A DNA stretch of 64,000 nt. Origin: Candidatus Hydrogenedentota bacterium. GTDB lineage: Bacteria; Hydrogenedentota; Hydrogenedentia; Hydrogenedentales; SLHB01. The stretch's first letter is position 1. Every line of letters begins with the position of its first letter. A model generated the notes under the pieces. That model did not search any database. It was not told the DNA's origin and saw only the letters and a program-made list of their open reading frames with translations. The stretch spans positions 1,312,001 through 1,376,000 of the forward strand of contig CAXXTH010000010.1 in assembly GCA_963668025.2 (NCBI GenBank). Direction: 5' to 3'. Shown here piece by piece: positions 9,523 to 18,193 of this stretch. Position numbers and translations under genes: made by a program.

Positions 9523-10791
9523 ATGAAAATAGCCGAAAAGACTGCCCGATGGACAGGCCGCGTGTTAATGGCGGGATTGCTATTGGCGGCAGGGCTGGCA
9601 TGGGCGGATTCATCTCCTGTCGAGGAGACGCTTGTGGCCCCCGCTGAAAAGCTTGTCCCATTGGAAGCGCCCAGCAAGCCCGCTGAAGGTGAGGCGGCAA
9701 ACGCGGAAGCTTCAAAAGCGGAACCGGCTTCCAGCGAAAAGCCGCAGGAATCGCCCGCATCGGACACAAAAGGCGCGCCGCCGCCCGCATATCGCATACG
9801 TCCCGGCGACGTGCTTTCGTTCCATTCATACGACGATGACACCCTCAGTTTGCCCGAGGTGATTGTGCGGTATGATGGGTGTGTGTCCCTGCCATTGATT
9901 CACGATCTCAATCTGGGCGGGCTGACCCGCGATGAAGCCATTTCGACTATTCGCGAGGCGTATACGAGTGTTTTTAAGGAGCCGCAATTTGCGTTGACCA
10001 TAGTGAATGCGGCGGGCCAATCCTTTTATGTGATGGGCGATGTGAACCGGCCCTCGGAGTTCCCGTATCGCAAGACGCTCAATGTCTTGCAAGCGATAAA
10101 TACCGCAGGCGGCCTGCGCGACAGGAGCAATGCAACGGGTGAATCGTATAACACCGTGCAAGGCACCCTTAGCGTAGCCTATATCATCCGGCATTTGAAT
10201 GGCCCTCGAGAGGTGATCAAGTGCGATCTAAAAGGTTTGACAAACACAGGCCCACATCCGTCCGAATTGCAGGTATGGCCGGAAGATGTGGTGTATGTGC
10301 CCGAAGGGGTGAACTTGGTATATATCTCTGGGGCCGTGCAGCAGCCTGGCGTGCTGAATCTTGTCGAGGGCGAGACGCTGCTTCAAGTGCTGGCGCGCTC
10401 GAGCGGATTCATCGAGGAATCGGCGTCCATGGGCAAGGTGGTGGTGATGCGCCGCACATCGGAAAAAGACATGAAGGTGATGCTCGTGAATGTGAAAAAG
10501 GCATATAAGACGGGCCATGACATGCCCATGGAGCCCGGCGATATTATATATGTTCCCCGCAAGCCTCTGATTCGGCTGCAAGAATTTGTAAGCCGGTTCA
10601 CCGGTTCGATCTTGCCGATCATGGAACTGTATAGAGAAGCATATGACACCTATTACACTCAAAAGAGATATGACGCCCTTTTCAATGATTCCTCGACAAG
10701 CTCCGCCACAACACTGAGCACGCTTCAGTCTTTAAGGGATTTTGGGGATCTATTCCTGTCAATCCCAACAACCACTTCGACCACTCAGTAG
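9523..10791 (+). CDS. wza: Polysaccharide export protein (Wza-like, Poly_export plus SLBB repeats)
   Basis: Signal peptide; YRIRPGDVL, DGCVSLPLI, VMGDVNRP and PGDIIYVP motifs. Confidence 0.85.
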   Translation: MKIAEKTARWTGRVLMAGLLLAAGLAWADSSPVEETLVAPAEKLVPLEAPSKPAEGEAANAEASKAEPASSEKPQESPASDTKGAPPPAYRIRPGDVLSFHSYDDDTLSLPEVIVRYDGCVSLPLIHDLNLGGLTRDEAISTIREAYTSVFKEPQFALTIVNAAGQSFYVMGDVNRPSEFPYRKTLNVLQAINTAGGLRDRSNATGESYNTVQGTLSVAYIIRHLNGPREVIKCDLKGLTNTGPHPSELQVWPEDVVYVPEGVNLVYISGAVQQPGVLNLVEGETLLQVLARSSGFIEESASMGKVVVMRRTSEKDMKVMLVNVKKAYKTGHDMPMEPGDIIYVPRKPLIRLQEFVSRFTGSILPIMELYREAYDTYYTQKRYDALFNDSSTSSATTLSTLQSLRDFGDLFLSIPTTTSTTQ

Positions 10792-10796
10792 GAGGC

Positions 10797-13112
10797 ATGA
10801 TGTCAAGCGAATATTCCACCGAGCTGGCGGGTTACGCCCGGCCCGATATGGTGCGGCCCGCGAATGGGACGCGCGCTTTGAATATGAAGCGGCTGTTTCG
10901 TGAGCGTGGATTGTTGATGGCGGTAGTATTCTTCGGGTTTGCCATACCATTAAGCGCCGCTGTATGGTTTTTGGTGCCTGCCGAATATCAAGCGTCAACC
11001 ATCATCCGCATTCTATCGAAGGCTCCTACGGTGCTCAATGATGACAGCGCCATGCGGGGCCGGGAATATGACACATTTGTCGAGACCCAAGTCATGCTGA
11101 TCCAAGGCCCGACGATCATGTCGAAAGTGGTGTCTGATCCTGCGGTGCGTGATCTTCCCTGGGTCAGCAAAGAACGGGATCCGCTCCACTTTTTGATGAA
11201 AACGGTCCGTGTGTCGTGGGAGCGGGGCACCGAACTCATCACGATTTCGTGCAATTCGCCTAGCCGGGAGGCCGCACTTGCGATTGTAAGCTCAACGGCG
11301 GCCATCTATAGTAAATATGCTACGAATGAAGCGGTAGAAGGCGTCGGCAAAATCCGGGCGACCTTGGTGGACGAACGGGATTCACTGGCGGGCCGCATCG
11401 AAATCCAGCGCAAAAAGATAACGGATTATAAACGGCAGAATAGCATAACCGCGGATGGCTCCACACCCACGGGGCAGATTGGCCTCGAATATTATCATGA
11501 CCGGCTTGGCCAAGCCCAAGCGGATTACTCGACGGCACAAACCACCATCGCGAATCTGAATGATATCGGCTCCCAACTTGATGCGCTATTGAAAACCCAT
11601 GAGACTACTCCGTCCCAGCCGGTCTATGAGATGGGCATCGAAGATAAAGTGTTGGCGGATGCGTCCGTGGCCATGCTGCGCCAGCAAGAGACCGCCCTGG
11701 CGACGCGCATAGCTGACTTGAAGGACCGTTATATAGGGCAAGCCCCGCCTCTCAAGGCGGAAGAAGACCGTCTTGCCACCATCCAAACCCAGCTCGAAGA
11801 GACGAAAGCCCGTGTGCGTGGGGAGGCGTTGACTACCTCTTTCGAGCAAAATCGGCTGGAACTGGCGGAACAGGAAAAACGCTCGGAAGATGCGAAGTCC
11901 CGCATGGACCAATTCCAGGCGACAATCCAATCCCATGAGGATCGCTTGACCAAATTGGCTCAAGACATGGCCACCATTACGGAAGATGAAGCGGAGCTGG
12001 AACAGCTCCGGGCCAATTTTGATGATGTGCGCGAGCGTATTCGAGTGCTTGATGTGAATGAGCGCGCACCCGCCACCGTGACCGAGCCCACGCCTACGAC
12101 ATCGCCGGAAGAACCGCTCAATGACCGCCGCAAGAAGATTTTAGTTTTGGCGTTGGTGGCCGCGATGGCGGCTGGCGTTGGTTCCGGGGTGTTGCGTGAA
12201 ATGACTGATCAAGGAATCCGTACGCCCCAAGACTTCGGCGTATTCACGGACGTTCCCGTTATTGCGGCGATTCCGCATATCAGTGCGGACAAGCTGCCGA
12301 AAGACGCCAATCCGGCTTTGGTCACGGCGGAATATCCGAGCTCGACTACTTCGGACGAATACCGGCGCATTATTACCCGGATTATTTATCCGCCGGAAGG
12401 TTCCGCGGAATTCAATACGGTCCTGGTTGTCGGCGCTTCCCGGGGGGATGGGAAGACGACCATGGCCTGTAATCTGGGGCTTGCCCTCGCCCATGCCAAC
12501 CGGCGGGTGTTAGTGGTTGATATCAGCGCCAGGCGTTCCGGTGTGGAAAAATGTTTTGGATTGCAACCCGCTAGAGGCCTGGCCGAGATATTCCTGGGGC
12601 AGTGTTCGCCCGATCAAGCCGTGCGGCCAACGGCGTATTCGAATCTCATGGTGTTGGGGCCTGGCCTTGAAGCGGATGAAGTGGCGAACAAGCTGGCCTC
12701 GCGTGTGATGGTCGAGTTTCTCGAGGACGCGGAAGAAGCGTTCGAGCATGTGATCATTGATACGCCGCCTAGTTTGTTGATGGCGGACGCCAAGCTGCTT
12801 GCGCCGATAGTTGATGGAGTCATTGTAGTCGTAGGTTCGGGCGTATCGTCCGTAGGCATGGTGCGCCGCTGCTTGAATGAGCTGCGCCAAGTGGGCGGGA
12901 ATATTATTGGTGTGGCCCTTAATGGGGCACGGCCCACACGTGGCGGATATATGCGCGACAATGTGTCGAAGTATTATTCGTATTCGAGCGAAGCCGGCCA
13001 TGAAGAAGTTGCGCCCAAACGGCGCCATGCGCCCGCTGCGCCAGCCGCCCATCCAAAAGAATCGGAGGGAGAGCCTCCCAGTATTCTTCTTCTGGATGAT
13101 CAATCGGATTAA
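10797..13112 (+). CDS. wzc: Polysaccharide co-polymerase / tyrosine autokinase (Wzc-like)
   Basis: Two TM segments flanking a coiled coil; GDGKTT, VLVVD, VIIDTPP; Tyr cluster KYYSY. Confidence 0.9.
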   Translation: MMSSEYSTELAGYARPDMVRPANGTRALNMKRLFRERGLLMAVVFFGFAIPLSAAVWFLVPAEYQASTIIRILSKAPTVLNDDSAMRGREYDTFVETQVMLIQGPTIMSKVVSDPAVRDLPWVSKERDPLHFLMKTVRVSWERGTELITISCNSPSREAALAIVSSTAAIYSKYATNEAVEGVGKIRATLVDERDSLAGRIEIQRKKITDYKRQNSITADGSTPTGQIGLEYYHDRLGQAQADYSTAQTTIANLNDIGSQLDALLKTHETTPSQPVYEMGIEDKVLADASVAMLRQQETALATRIADLKDRYIGQAPPLKAEEDRLATIQTQLEETKARVRGEALTTSFEQNRLELAEQEKRSEDAKSRMDQFQATIQSHEDRLTKLAQDMATITEDEAELEQLRANFDDVRERIRVLDVNERAPATVTEPTPTTSPEEPLNDRRKKILVLALVAAMAAGVGSGVLREMTDQGIRTPQDFGVFTDVPVIAAIPHISADKLPKDANPALVTAEYPSSTTSDEYRRIITRIIYPPEGSAEFNTVLVVGASRGDGKTTMACNLGLALAHANRRVLVVDISARRSGVEKCFGLQPARGLAEIFLGQCSPDQAVRPTAYSNLMVLGPGLEADEVANKLASRVMVEFLEDAEEAFEHVIIDTPPSLLMADAKLLAPIVDGVIVVVGSGVSSVGMVRRCLNELRQVGGNIIGVALNGARPTRGGYMRDNVSKYYSYSSEAGHEEVAPKRRHAPAAPAAHPKESEGEPPSILLLDDQSD

Positions 13113-13220
13113 CAGGCAGGCGGCTTGAATGAATCCGCGTGGGCCGCTACGATATAGATGCGGGCTTCCTATGCCGCAAGGGGATGCAAAATCAATCGTA
13201 GGCCGTAACGGGGTGCGGTA

Positions 13221-13988
13221 GTGGTAGAACGTCAGATCACAGTTTTCGATGTGCCATTTTCTAATGTAGGATTCGACGAAGCGTGCAGCTTCATCCGCCA
13301 GAGGATCGAGTCCCGCGAGCCCGGCTTCATCGTCACGCCCAATGTGCATCATGTGTGCATGTATGGCCATTGCCAGGCCTTGCGTGAAGCATATAACGAA
13401 GCATTTCTAAGCTTAGTGGACGGCACCCCTCTCGTGTGGGCCGCTCATCTGGCGGGGAAGCCGCTTCGCGAGAAGCTGAGTGGTTCCGACATGGTGATGG
13501 GGCTTAGCGAAGTGGCGGCCCGAGAGGGCTGGCCCGTCTTTTTTTTGGGAGCAGAGGAGGGGGTAGGCGCGGAAGCCGCGCGGCGATTGTCCGAACAGTA
13601 TGCTGGGCTTAAAGTAGCGGGATGTTACAGCCCGCCTTTACGTTTTTATGAGGACATGGACGAAAACGCCCGCACGCTAGAAAAGATACGAAAGGCTTCT
13701 CCAAGCATTTGTTTTGTGGCCCTAGGCGCGCCTGTGCAAGAATTATGGATGCACCGGCATTATCGCGATAGCGGAGCGATTGTCATGGCTGGCATCGGAG
13801 CAGGCATTGATTTTGCCGCGGGACGCAAGAAACGGGCGCCCGGCTGGATGCAGCGTTGCGGAGCAGAGTGGCTTTGGCGCTTGTTTCATGAACCAAGGCG
13901 GCTTTGGAGGCGCTATTTGGTGGAAGATGTGAAGTTTGCCCCCATTGTGATTCGCGAGCTTTTTAAACAGCATAAAGAGAATGGTTAA
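13221..13988 (+). CDS. WecB/TagA/CpsF family glycosyltransferase
   Basis: IVTPNV, DG, SGSD, VALGAPxQE and RAPxWMQxxGxEWLWRLxxEPRRLWRRY motifs. Confidence 0.92.
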   Translation: MVERQITVFDVPFSNVGFDEACSFIRQRIESREPGFIVTPNVHHVCMYGHCQALREAYNEAFLSLVDGTPLVWAAHLAGKPLREKLSGSDMVMGLSEVAAREGWPVFFLGAEEGVGAEAARRLSEQYAGLKVAGCYSPPLRFYEDMDENARTLEKIRKASPSICFVALGAPVQELWMHRHYRDSGAIVMAGIGAGIDFAAGRKKRAPGWMQRCGAEWLWRLFHEPRRLWRRYLVEDVKFAPIVIRELFKQHKENG

Positions 13989-14023
13989 TTTCCGGCGGAG
14001 ATGAATCAGGAGCAGCGAGTGTA

Positions 14024-17000
14024 ATGTCTCGAAAAACATGGAAATATCTCTTGTGGGCCGTGGGAGCGATGTTTTTGCTAGTTCTGATGGCCGGCGGGGG
14101 ATTCTTTTTCTACCGGCAGAATCAAACGGTCCAATGGCGCGCCATGGGTGATGCGGCATACCAGCAAGGCGATTGGGGCCAGGCCCAGCATTGGCTAGGG
14201 TTTTATTTGCAGCGGAACCCGGATGATGTGGCCACCCTCAAAAACTTTGCCGACGCCAGCCTGCACATTCTAAAGAATCGCGCTTCCGCGCTCCAAGAAG
14301 CCGCTATTGCATATCATCAGATTCTGCGCTATGAATCTTCTAATACTGAGATCCAAGATGCGGTTCTTGATCTATATGAACGCATCGGCTCGTGGGGCGA
14401 TGTGGAATATTATGCACGTGACTTCGGACGCAACCGCCCAGATGATGTGACATTGCGCCTGCGCCTTGCGCGCGCTCTCAACGAGCTGGGACGTGGCAAT
14501 GAATCGTTGGATGCATATAAGGAACTGGTGGCTCAGGGTGAAGCGGATGAACGCACCTATCTTGGATATGCGCGTGTCATTCGGGATCGGCAAGACAGCG
14601 CCCGCGCCCGCGCCATGCTGGACGACAGTGTCGCCAAGCATCCGGATAGCATTGGCTTGCGAGTGGCGCGCGCCCGCTTTTTCGGGGAAGAACGCCAGTT
14701 TGAACAGATGAAACAGGAGTTGGATGAGGCGGTGCGCCTTGCGCCCGAGGAGCCGAGCGTGTTGCAGGCGCAAGCGGAATACGCCGTGTCGCAGCATGAC
14801 TGGCGTCAAGCCTGTACGTTGGGCGAGCACATTATCCAAATCGATCCCAAGCGGGCTGAAGCGTATCTGCTATTGGGTTCGACTTATGCCCGTCTTGGCG
14901 AGACGCCGAAAGGGATTACGCTGCTTGATGGGCTTGACCCCGCGTTTCGCGTGGATAATCCAGAAATTTTCCTTACTTTGTTTGATCTTCGTGTTTCTCA
15001 AGGGCAATTTGATGAAGCGGAGAAGATAATCGGTGACTATAGTGAAGCCTATCCAAGCCAAAAGCCGATATCGGATTATATGCGCGGCCGTATTTTACTC
15101 GCGAAGGGCCAATCCGGCGATGCTTCGAAGATGCTGGCCACGGTAGTGGATCTCCGGCCCAATTTCTCTCCCGCGCGGTTTTACCTTGCATTGGCCTATT
15201 TGGATGCGGGACAGCAATCCCTCGGCAGAAGCGCTCTTGAAACGTATATCAAGATGAATCCGTTTGACGAACGCGCACGCATGCTCATGATGCAGGGGGG
15301 GCGGCAGTCGGATGAGCCGGGCGCTGTAGCGGCTCAAGCAACGCAACTGCTAGAAGAAGGCAAGGCGTCGCCTGAAATGCTGGTGGCCACGGCGTTGCGT
15401 TTATTCGACGCCAGCCTCGGTGCGGGTGATCCGAAAAGCCAGCTTGATACGGTCAAATCGCTGCTTAACCGCGCGATTGAGCTGGAGCCCACAAGTCCCA
15501 TTGGGTATCGCAGCCTTACTGAGTTGCTGGTGTCCACCCGGGAGATCGAGGCCGCGCGGCAAACGCTGGATAAGGCGAAGGCCGCTGGGGTATCCGAGCA
15601 AGAATTGGCTACGGCTGTCGCGAGCATGTCCCTGGCGCAACAGAACATGGATGAAGCAGCCGCGGTGTGCCAAAAGGCCCTTTCCCAAGAGGGCGCCACG
15701 GCAAAAGATTATGTTACATGGAATGATCTGTATGCGCGCTGGGGATATCCCGAGGAGGGGATTAAGATTCTTGCCAAAGGCGCGACCGTGTTGGAGGGTG
15801 AAGAGCGTGGCCGGCTTGAAGTAGCGCAGGTGAGGGCGGCCGCCCGCGCGGGCGAACTCGAGCATGCCTTAGTATTGGAGAAGGTGGCCACTAAAGCGGC
15901 GCAAGACGCCAATGGCTTGATTCAACCATTAAATGAAGCGCGTGAAACCCTTGCGATGCGGTTGATTCAAGAAGGTTCGCCAGAAAGGCGGGAGCAGGCG
16001 ATTCGTTTGAAAGAGGCCATGCTGGCGGCTGCTCCCGAATCCGTTGAAGCCAAAGCGATCGATGGAGGCTTATTGATCACCCAAGAGCCTCCGGATCTGG
16101 AAGGCGCAAAAAAACAATTCAGCGAGGTTTTGCAACAAAATCCCGATAAGGCGTCCGCATTGATTGGGCTATCGCTGGTCGAGAACCAGCGGGGCGATTA
16201 TGGGCGGGCCGCCGATTATCTCGAAAAAGCGCTGGCGGCGGATCCAAGCCAGCAGCAGCTTCAATTGCAGCTTGCGGATTTATGGATCAAGAGCGGGCGC
16301 TACATCCGTGCGCAAGAAGCATTGCGCCGCATATTATCCATGAATCCAGGCGATGTACAGGCGGCGGGATTGATGGTGTCGAGCCTCTTAGCTACAGGCA
16401 AGCTGGCCGAAGCCGAAGAAATGATGGGCCAGCTTGAGAGCGGCGCTACGGGCGAAGCAGCCCAGCGTTTATCCGCGTTGCGCAGTGATGTGCTTCTAGC
16501 AAAGGGCGCTGTTGGCGACGCCGAGCCCATGTTGCGCCAGCAATATGCGGCTAATCCGGATGACCTAGGGTTAGCTAAACGGCTGGCCGCGGCGCAAGCA
16601 GGCCTTGGCAGTGCGGACCAAGGCGCGAAAGTGCTCAAGGATTACGCTGAGGCGCATCCGAACGACGTGGATGCATGGATCGAATATGCGAGGTTTGAAG
16701 TGAACTTCCAAGCGCCACAGGGGTATTCGGAAGCAGGTATGGCTTTGACCCGCGCGCTGCTCGAGCATCCGGATTATTTACCCGCCGTACGCGCCCAGAT
16801 TGATTTGCAGATGCGCCAGGGCGAATATCTGCCCGCATTGGCCTTATGCGACCGCTTTTTGGAGAAAACGCCGGATGACGCGGAGATCCTGTTCATGAAA
16901 GCGAATTTGCTTTCCCGGGATCGCGCCAGCCTGGATGCCGCGCTTGACACGATCAACCGCGCTATCGAGCAGCAAGATAGTACGGAATACCACTATTTGC

Positions 17001-17236
17001 GAGGCATGATTCAGCTTTCAAAAGGTATGTATGCGGAAGCGATGCAAGATTTGGAAGGCGTGGCGAAAGAGCGGAAGACTACCGAGGCGAATCTAGATAT
17101 GGCCCTCGCCAAGGGATATCTCGAGTTGGGCCGCAAAGATTTGGCAAAGGTCTATTTTGATTCCGCGAATACGAAAGCTGAAGCGGGCCAGCGTGTAGAT
17201 CCTGTGTTGAAAGAAGCCGTAAGCAAGGGCATGTAA
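14024..17236 (+). CDS. Large membrane-anchored TPR protein
   Basis: N-terminal TM helix then ~1000 aa of TPR-like helical repeats; adjacent to exosortase (PrsT-like context). Confidence 0.85.
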   Translation: MSRKTWKYLLWAVGAMFLLVLMAGGGFFFYRQNQTVQWRAMGDAAYQQGDWGQAQHWLGFYLQRNPDDVATLKNFADASLHILKNRASALQEAAIAYHQILRYESSNTEIQDAVLDLYERIGSWGDVEYYARDFGRNRPDDVTLRLRLARALNELGRGNESLDAYKELVAQGEADERTYLGYARVIRDRQDSARARAMLDDSVAKHPDSIGLRVARARFFGEERQFEQMKQELDEAVRLAPEEPSVLQAQAEYAVSQHDWRQACTLGEHIIQIDPKRAEAYLLLGSTYARLGETPKGITLLDGLDPAFRVDNPEIFLTLFDLRVSQGQFDEAEKIIGDYSEAYPSQKPISDYMRGRILLAKGQSGDASKMLATVVDLRPNFSPARFYLALAYLDAGQQSLGRSALETYIKMNPFDERARMLMMQGGRQSDEPGAVAAQATQLLEEGKASPEMLVATALRLFDASLGAGDPKSQLDTVKSLLNRAIELEPTSPIGYRSLTELLVSTREIEAARQTLDKAKAAGVSEQELATAVASMSLAQQNMDEAAAVCQKALSQEGATAKDYVTWNDLYARWGYPEEGIKILAKGATVLEGEERGRLEVAQVRAAARAGELEHALVLEKVATKAAQDANGLIQPLNEARETLAMRLIQEGSPERREQAIRLKEAMLAAAPESVEAKAIDGGLLITQEPPDLEGAKKQFSEVLQQNPDKASALIGLSLVENQRGDYGRAADYLEKALAADPSQQQLQLQLADLWIKSGRYIRAQEALRRILSMNPGDVQAAGLMVSSLLATGKLAEAEEMMGQLESGATGEAAQRLSALRSDVLLAKGAVGDAEPMLRQQYAANPDDLGLAKRLAAAQAGLGSADQGAKVLKDYAEAHPNDVDAWIEYARFEVNFQAPQGYSEAGMALTRALLEHPDYLPAVRAQIDLQMRQGEYLPALALCDRFLEKTPDDAEILFMKANLLSRDRASLDAALDTINRAIEQQDSTEYHYLRGMIQLSKGMYAEAMQDLEGVAKERKTTEANLDMALAKGYLELGRKDLAKVYFDSANTKAEAGQRVDPVLKEAVSKGM

Positions 17237-17239
17237 CGC

Positions 17240-18154
17240 ATGCAGGCGGATGGGACGAAAATGGCAAGCCATATGAACGGGACGCCGAAGGGGAAAGGCG
17301 CAAGGTCTTTTCTCCCCATTTATGGGTTGTATCTTGTTCTGCTGGCGGCGGCCTATTGGCAGCCTATCCGTGAAATGCTGGCGGTTTGGGGCGGGGTGGA
17401 CTCGTACTACACCCATGGCTATTTGGTGCCCTTTGTTTGCCTTGCGGTGGCATGGCAGCGCCGGGCGGAACTGATGCGCGAGCCGCGCGAACCCGATGTG
17501 CTGGGGTATGCCTATATTGGAGCCGCTGCATTTCTATTGTTATTGGGAAGCTTTCTCGGATTCAGGGTGCTCTCCCAATTATCGTTGCTACCCATGCTCG
17601 CCGGATTATGTTTGGTGCTGGAAGGCAGGGGGCGGACCCGGAAGCTCTGGTTTCCGATTGCGTATCTCATTTTCATGATACCGATTCCGCCTTCGCTCAC
17701 CCAGAGCGTGGCGTTAAAGCTTAAATTGCTGGCTACCGAGGCCTCTGTGGATATCGCTAATCTGCTTACCTTTCCGATAGTTCGCAAAGGTTCGTATGTG
17801 TATTGGACAAACGCCTCCGGGCAGACGGACCAGCTTGTGGTGGGAGAAGTCTGTGGGGGCCTGCGTTCGCTGATTGCCTTGCTGGCTTTTGGCGCGATCA
17901 TGGCCTATTTTAGCCGGACGCGCCCTTGGGCAAAGATCGTGTTATTTGTCCTTTCTGGCCCCATTGCAGTAGCCGCAAACGTTTTTCGGATTCTATTCTT
18001 GTGCGTGGTGGGGTATTTCTACGGGAGTGAAGTGGCGGGAGGAACAGTCCACGATGTGTCGGGATACTTGATATTTATTGTTGCGTTTGTGCTTTTCTTT
18101 GCTATTGAGTCGCAGTTCCGGCGTTTTGCCCCAGCCGAAAACCGCGCGGCTTAG
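17240..18154 (+). CDS. Exosortase (EpsH family)
   Basis: YYTHGYLVP, FMIPIP, VGEVCGGLRS (Cys), NVFRI (Arg), VHDVSG (His); multiple TM helices. Confidence 0.92.
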   Translation: MQADGTKMASHMNGTPKGKGARSFLPIYGLYLVLLAAAYWQPIREMLAVWGGVDSYYTHGYLVPFVCLAVAWQRRAELMREPREPDVLGYAYIGAAAFLLLLGSFLGFRVLSQLSLLPMLAGLCLVLEGRGRTRKLWFPIAYLIFMIPIPPSLTQSVALKLKLLATEASVDIANLLTFPIVRKGSYVYWTNASGQTDQLVVGEVCGGLRSLIALLAFGAIMAYFSRTRPWAKIVLFVLSGPIAVAANVFRILFLCVVGYFYGSEVAGGTVHDVSGYLIFIVAFVLFFAIESQFRRFAPAENRAA

Positions 18155-18193
18155 GCAGGTTATCATGCTGGAGATGGCTCCTTTTTAACGCGG

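Noticed and set aside
9518-9534. TTGGCATGAAAATAGCC, a GG-N10-GC sigma54-like promoter
   Set aside because: Overlaps the wza start codon, which has its own RBS; weak -12 element; cannot be supported
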